This document shows positions 58,555 through 64,000 of a stretch of 64,000 nt of DNA, piece after piece. A model generated the notes under the pieces. The model worked only from the letters and a program-made list of their open reading frames with translations, did not search any database and had not been told where the DNA came from. The DNA is taken from the NCBI GenBank assembly GCA_964016885.1, contig OZ024740.1, positions 172,174,001-172,238,000 of the forward strand, read 5' to 3'. Source of the DNA: Eledone cirrhosa. Its lineage: Eukaryota. A program made the translations under genes and the position numbers. Each line of letters opens with the position of its first letter. Within the stretch, counting starts at the first letter, position 1.

Positions 58555-58627
58555 AATATGGTTTTATAAATATAGTTTCCATTGTCAATATCGTATATAT
58601 ATATATATATATATATATATGTAAAAG

Positions 58628-58842
58628 TTTAAAGTCTGTCTTAAGCCAGAAGGCTCATTTAGCCGGTGCTTATCCCAGTTTCATGGCGTGAAGCGACTGA
58701 GAGTATAAGATTTTCCCCTGGACAGGACACCAGTCCATTTCAAGGTTAAACCCCCAGCTATTGGTGGTACTTATTTCAGCTGAGTATCAGGAATCGAACG
58801 ACATTATGATCGCAAGTCGAACACCCTTACCACTAGGCCACA
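58628..58842 (-). mobile_element. tRNA-derived SINE (third family)
   Basis: Minus strand head GTGGCCTAGTGGTAAGGGTGTTCGACTTGCGATC...GTTCGATTCC. Confidence 0.6.
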
Positions 58843-58870
58843 CACAGACACACACACAGACACACACAGA

Positions 58871-61571
<2,701 letters not shown>

Positions 61572-61750
61572 TAATAATAATAATAAATGCGAAGACTAAA
61601 ATCCAGAGAGGGCTCGATAAGGATAAATATATATATATTTGAAAATGTGGGGATCCCAAACGCGGAAAAGAGCTATAATAACAATCAATCGCTATGAATA
61701 AAGTCTTCAAAGATCGGGTAAAATACTCTTTGAGAGGAAGAAAGTGGTCG

Positions 61751-61824
61751 GCTGACGCTACGGAGACTCGAACTCCGTATCTCTCGCACGCTGTGCGATT
61801 GCATTAATCATTACACTAAGGGGC
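61751..61824 (-). other. tRNA-like sequence (SINE head or tRNA pseudogene)
   Basis: TAGTGTAATG A-box-like, TCGCAC/GTGCGA stem, ACGGA-GTTCGAG-TCTCCGT T-arm-like; acceptor stem does not pair. Confidence 0.45.
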
Positions 61825-62494
61825 AACTGAACAGCCAGTCCATCTAATTAGATATGCCATGCTAAACAGCTTGTGGCTAAGACCACAAATCCATACACAC
61901 CATCGAAGTGCTGGGTGATATGAACATGTTTGAATCCCAAATGCAGAAAATAACTGTAATGACAGTCGATCGTCATACATAATAGCTTATATTGGAAAAC
62001 GTTGAATGTCATAGGTTTTGAGACTTTCTCGTCGACACGTTATAGTTTCTCTCTTGCTACTGGTGTTGTTGTTGATTTTATTACTAACAAAGTATTTGAT
62101 GTAACCAATGTTGATGTTCGACATGTTATTGTTGTTGTTGCTGTTGTTCATAAGCCCCAAGTTATCCCCGATTGAACAGAACCATGATCAGAAGCATTCA
62201 GACTCAGGACATCTCAGCTAGTGTATTTTTTTTAAATACCAGGATGTGATTTGAAAGAAATTTGGCTGCTATTTCTAGCAGGTGGATTGACAGCTTAAAT
62301 ATTTCCTCATTATAGTAAAGGTTGTAGTGATTGTGGTAATATTTCTATGGGTTGGGTGAAGATCTATTTATAACCGTTTTAGTCTCTGGGAGTGGTAGTA
62401 ACATCCTTATGTTGTTTACCTGGGTAAATAGATTAATGATATTGGTAGAGCTTCTGCAAATGTTGGTGATAGCAGTGACGACACTAATATATTA

Positions 62495-62682
62495 GTACGG
62501 TGAATTGGCAGTATCGGTAGAGGGTCGGACGCCATGCTTTCCAGCATAGTTACGTCCCTTTACGGTCTGAGTCCAAATCCCGTCGAGGTTAACTTTTCCT
62601 TTCATCCTTACGGGGTCGATACAATAAAGTACCAGTAATGTACTGGATAATTGCTGGCCTTGTGCCAAAAGTAGAAACAACT
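62495..62682 (+). mobile_element. SINE family A copy
   Basis: Full consensus match. Confidence 0.85.
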
Positions 62683-63857
62683 ATTAGTGGTGGTGGTGTT
62701 TATCATATTAATACTGGTGGTAGTTGTGATGGTGGTGGCTTTGATGTGGCAATGTTACTGGTTATGTTAGTGATAGTTTGAACTGGTCGTTAATTGTTAA
62801 GATGTCTACATTGGCAATAGAGGCTCAAAAGATTATGACAGCGCTAGTTGATGTTTTGTAATAGTAGTAATAGTAATTGAAGGAATGGAAGTGGCGGTAA
62901 TGGACCGTTAGCTCTCATTAAGGATGGGTAACATCAGTTTATTCATCATCTCCTATTCAAACACATACAAAATTTCCAGAAATAGAACGAGTGGCCTCAC
63001 TTAATCACTAATTAGAAATGGTTGTTGTTGTTGTTGATGATGATGATGTTGTTGTTTTTGACAATGATAATATTTACATAATCAATCATTTTCTAATTTT
63101 AGATTTCTATTACTACTATTACGTGGGCAGAGAGACATGATTACCATAGACACACTAAAGGAATGTAAATACGGTCATAAACCTTTTCCTATACTAAATA
63201 AAAACAGAATCGGTCAGAGAAACAGGAAATACAGAAAAGTATGTAGCCGGATGACTGATAAAACCCTAGATGAAAAGTGACAAACCTTATTCAGAACATG
63301 TGCCCACATCAGGGATAACCTGAACAAAATCCCTCAATGTTTGAGCAACAAATTATATTTATTTGTATTCTACTAATTATTTTATGGAGAAAGAGATACA
63401 AAACTTGAGAAGCTTGTTTAGGCTCCCTGTCATAATGTTAATCACAGGCAATACCAGTAAACTCAGAAATCAAAAAAAGTATATATATTGCCACTTTGAC
63501 ATGATAGCCACTTGTTACTAACAATAATTTTTTAAAGCAGTGTATCACTAAGCTCACAGATCCTCTCCTCAGGTGACAGATAACAAATTCAAGGTTGTCA
63601 GTTTTGTTGTCTCTATTAAAACCTGTAACACAAAATTATATCTCTCATGTACCAAATGTTTTTGCATGGGTACACGTCCCATAGGTTCCCCACTTATGTT
63701 CTAGGTAACACGAGTGAAGTTTTGTTGTTATAGGAGTTCTAGTAGCAACAACACTCACACACTAGTACGACCCCAGTACCATTTTTGTTCAACTTTGGTA
63801 CTTATTTTATTGATCTCTATTCGTCCAAAAGTAAACGTTAATATATACACAGCCAAG

Positions 63858-63895
<38 letters not shown>

Positions 63896-63917
63896 CACAC
63901 ACGCGCGCACACGCGCA

Positions 63918-64000
<83 letters not shown>

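Larger units (their letters stand above)
55606..58592 (+). mobile_element. 5'-truncated Penelope-like element (Naiad-type) in (TA)n
   Basis: Open RT-thumb-GIY-YIG frame, long AT-rich 3' UTR, terminal hammerhead-like motif, TA flanks. Confidence 0.9.

Noticed and set aside
61751-61824. Functional tRNA gene
   Set aside because: The acceptor stem does not pair; more likely a SINE head or pseudogene.
62700-63800. Possible host-gene exon in apparently unique sequence
   Set aside because: No ORF with recognisable motifs and no convincing splice pair; a short exon cannot be excluded without RNA-seq.

Overview
AT-rich, microsatellite-saturated eukaryotic DNA with no recognisable host exon. The SINE, RTE and Tx1 repertoire resembles octopod cephalopod genomes (an inference). 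Almost all ORF-track entries are translations of (TA)n, (CA)n or (GA)n repeats. All real coding sequence is transposon-derived: a near full-length Tx1/L1-clade LINE inside a (TATC)n tract (24.4-30.2 kb); four Penelope-like element (PLE) copies with Naiad-type features; a Chapaev3-like DNA transposon with TIRs and a TAA TSD; Helitron, mariner, RTE, CRE-like and R4-like relics; and many tRNA-derived SINEs. The main hidden signal is about a dozen minimal type I hammerhead ribozyme (HHR) motifs (CUGAnGA-stem II-GAAA-palindromic stem III-UH). They occur at the 3' ends of the PLEs, inside long foldback hairpins embedded in (TA)n tracts, and as solo islands. Two of them form a tandem pair that delimits a non-coding 488-nt retrozyme-like unit (10781-11492). 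A local duplication supplies both an empty and a filled (TA)n site for one hairpin. All motifs and coordinates were read by eye, and no activity has been tested.
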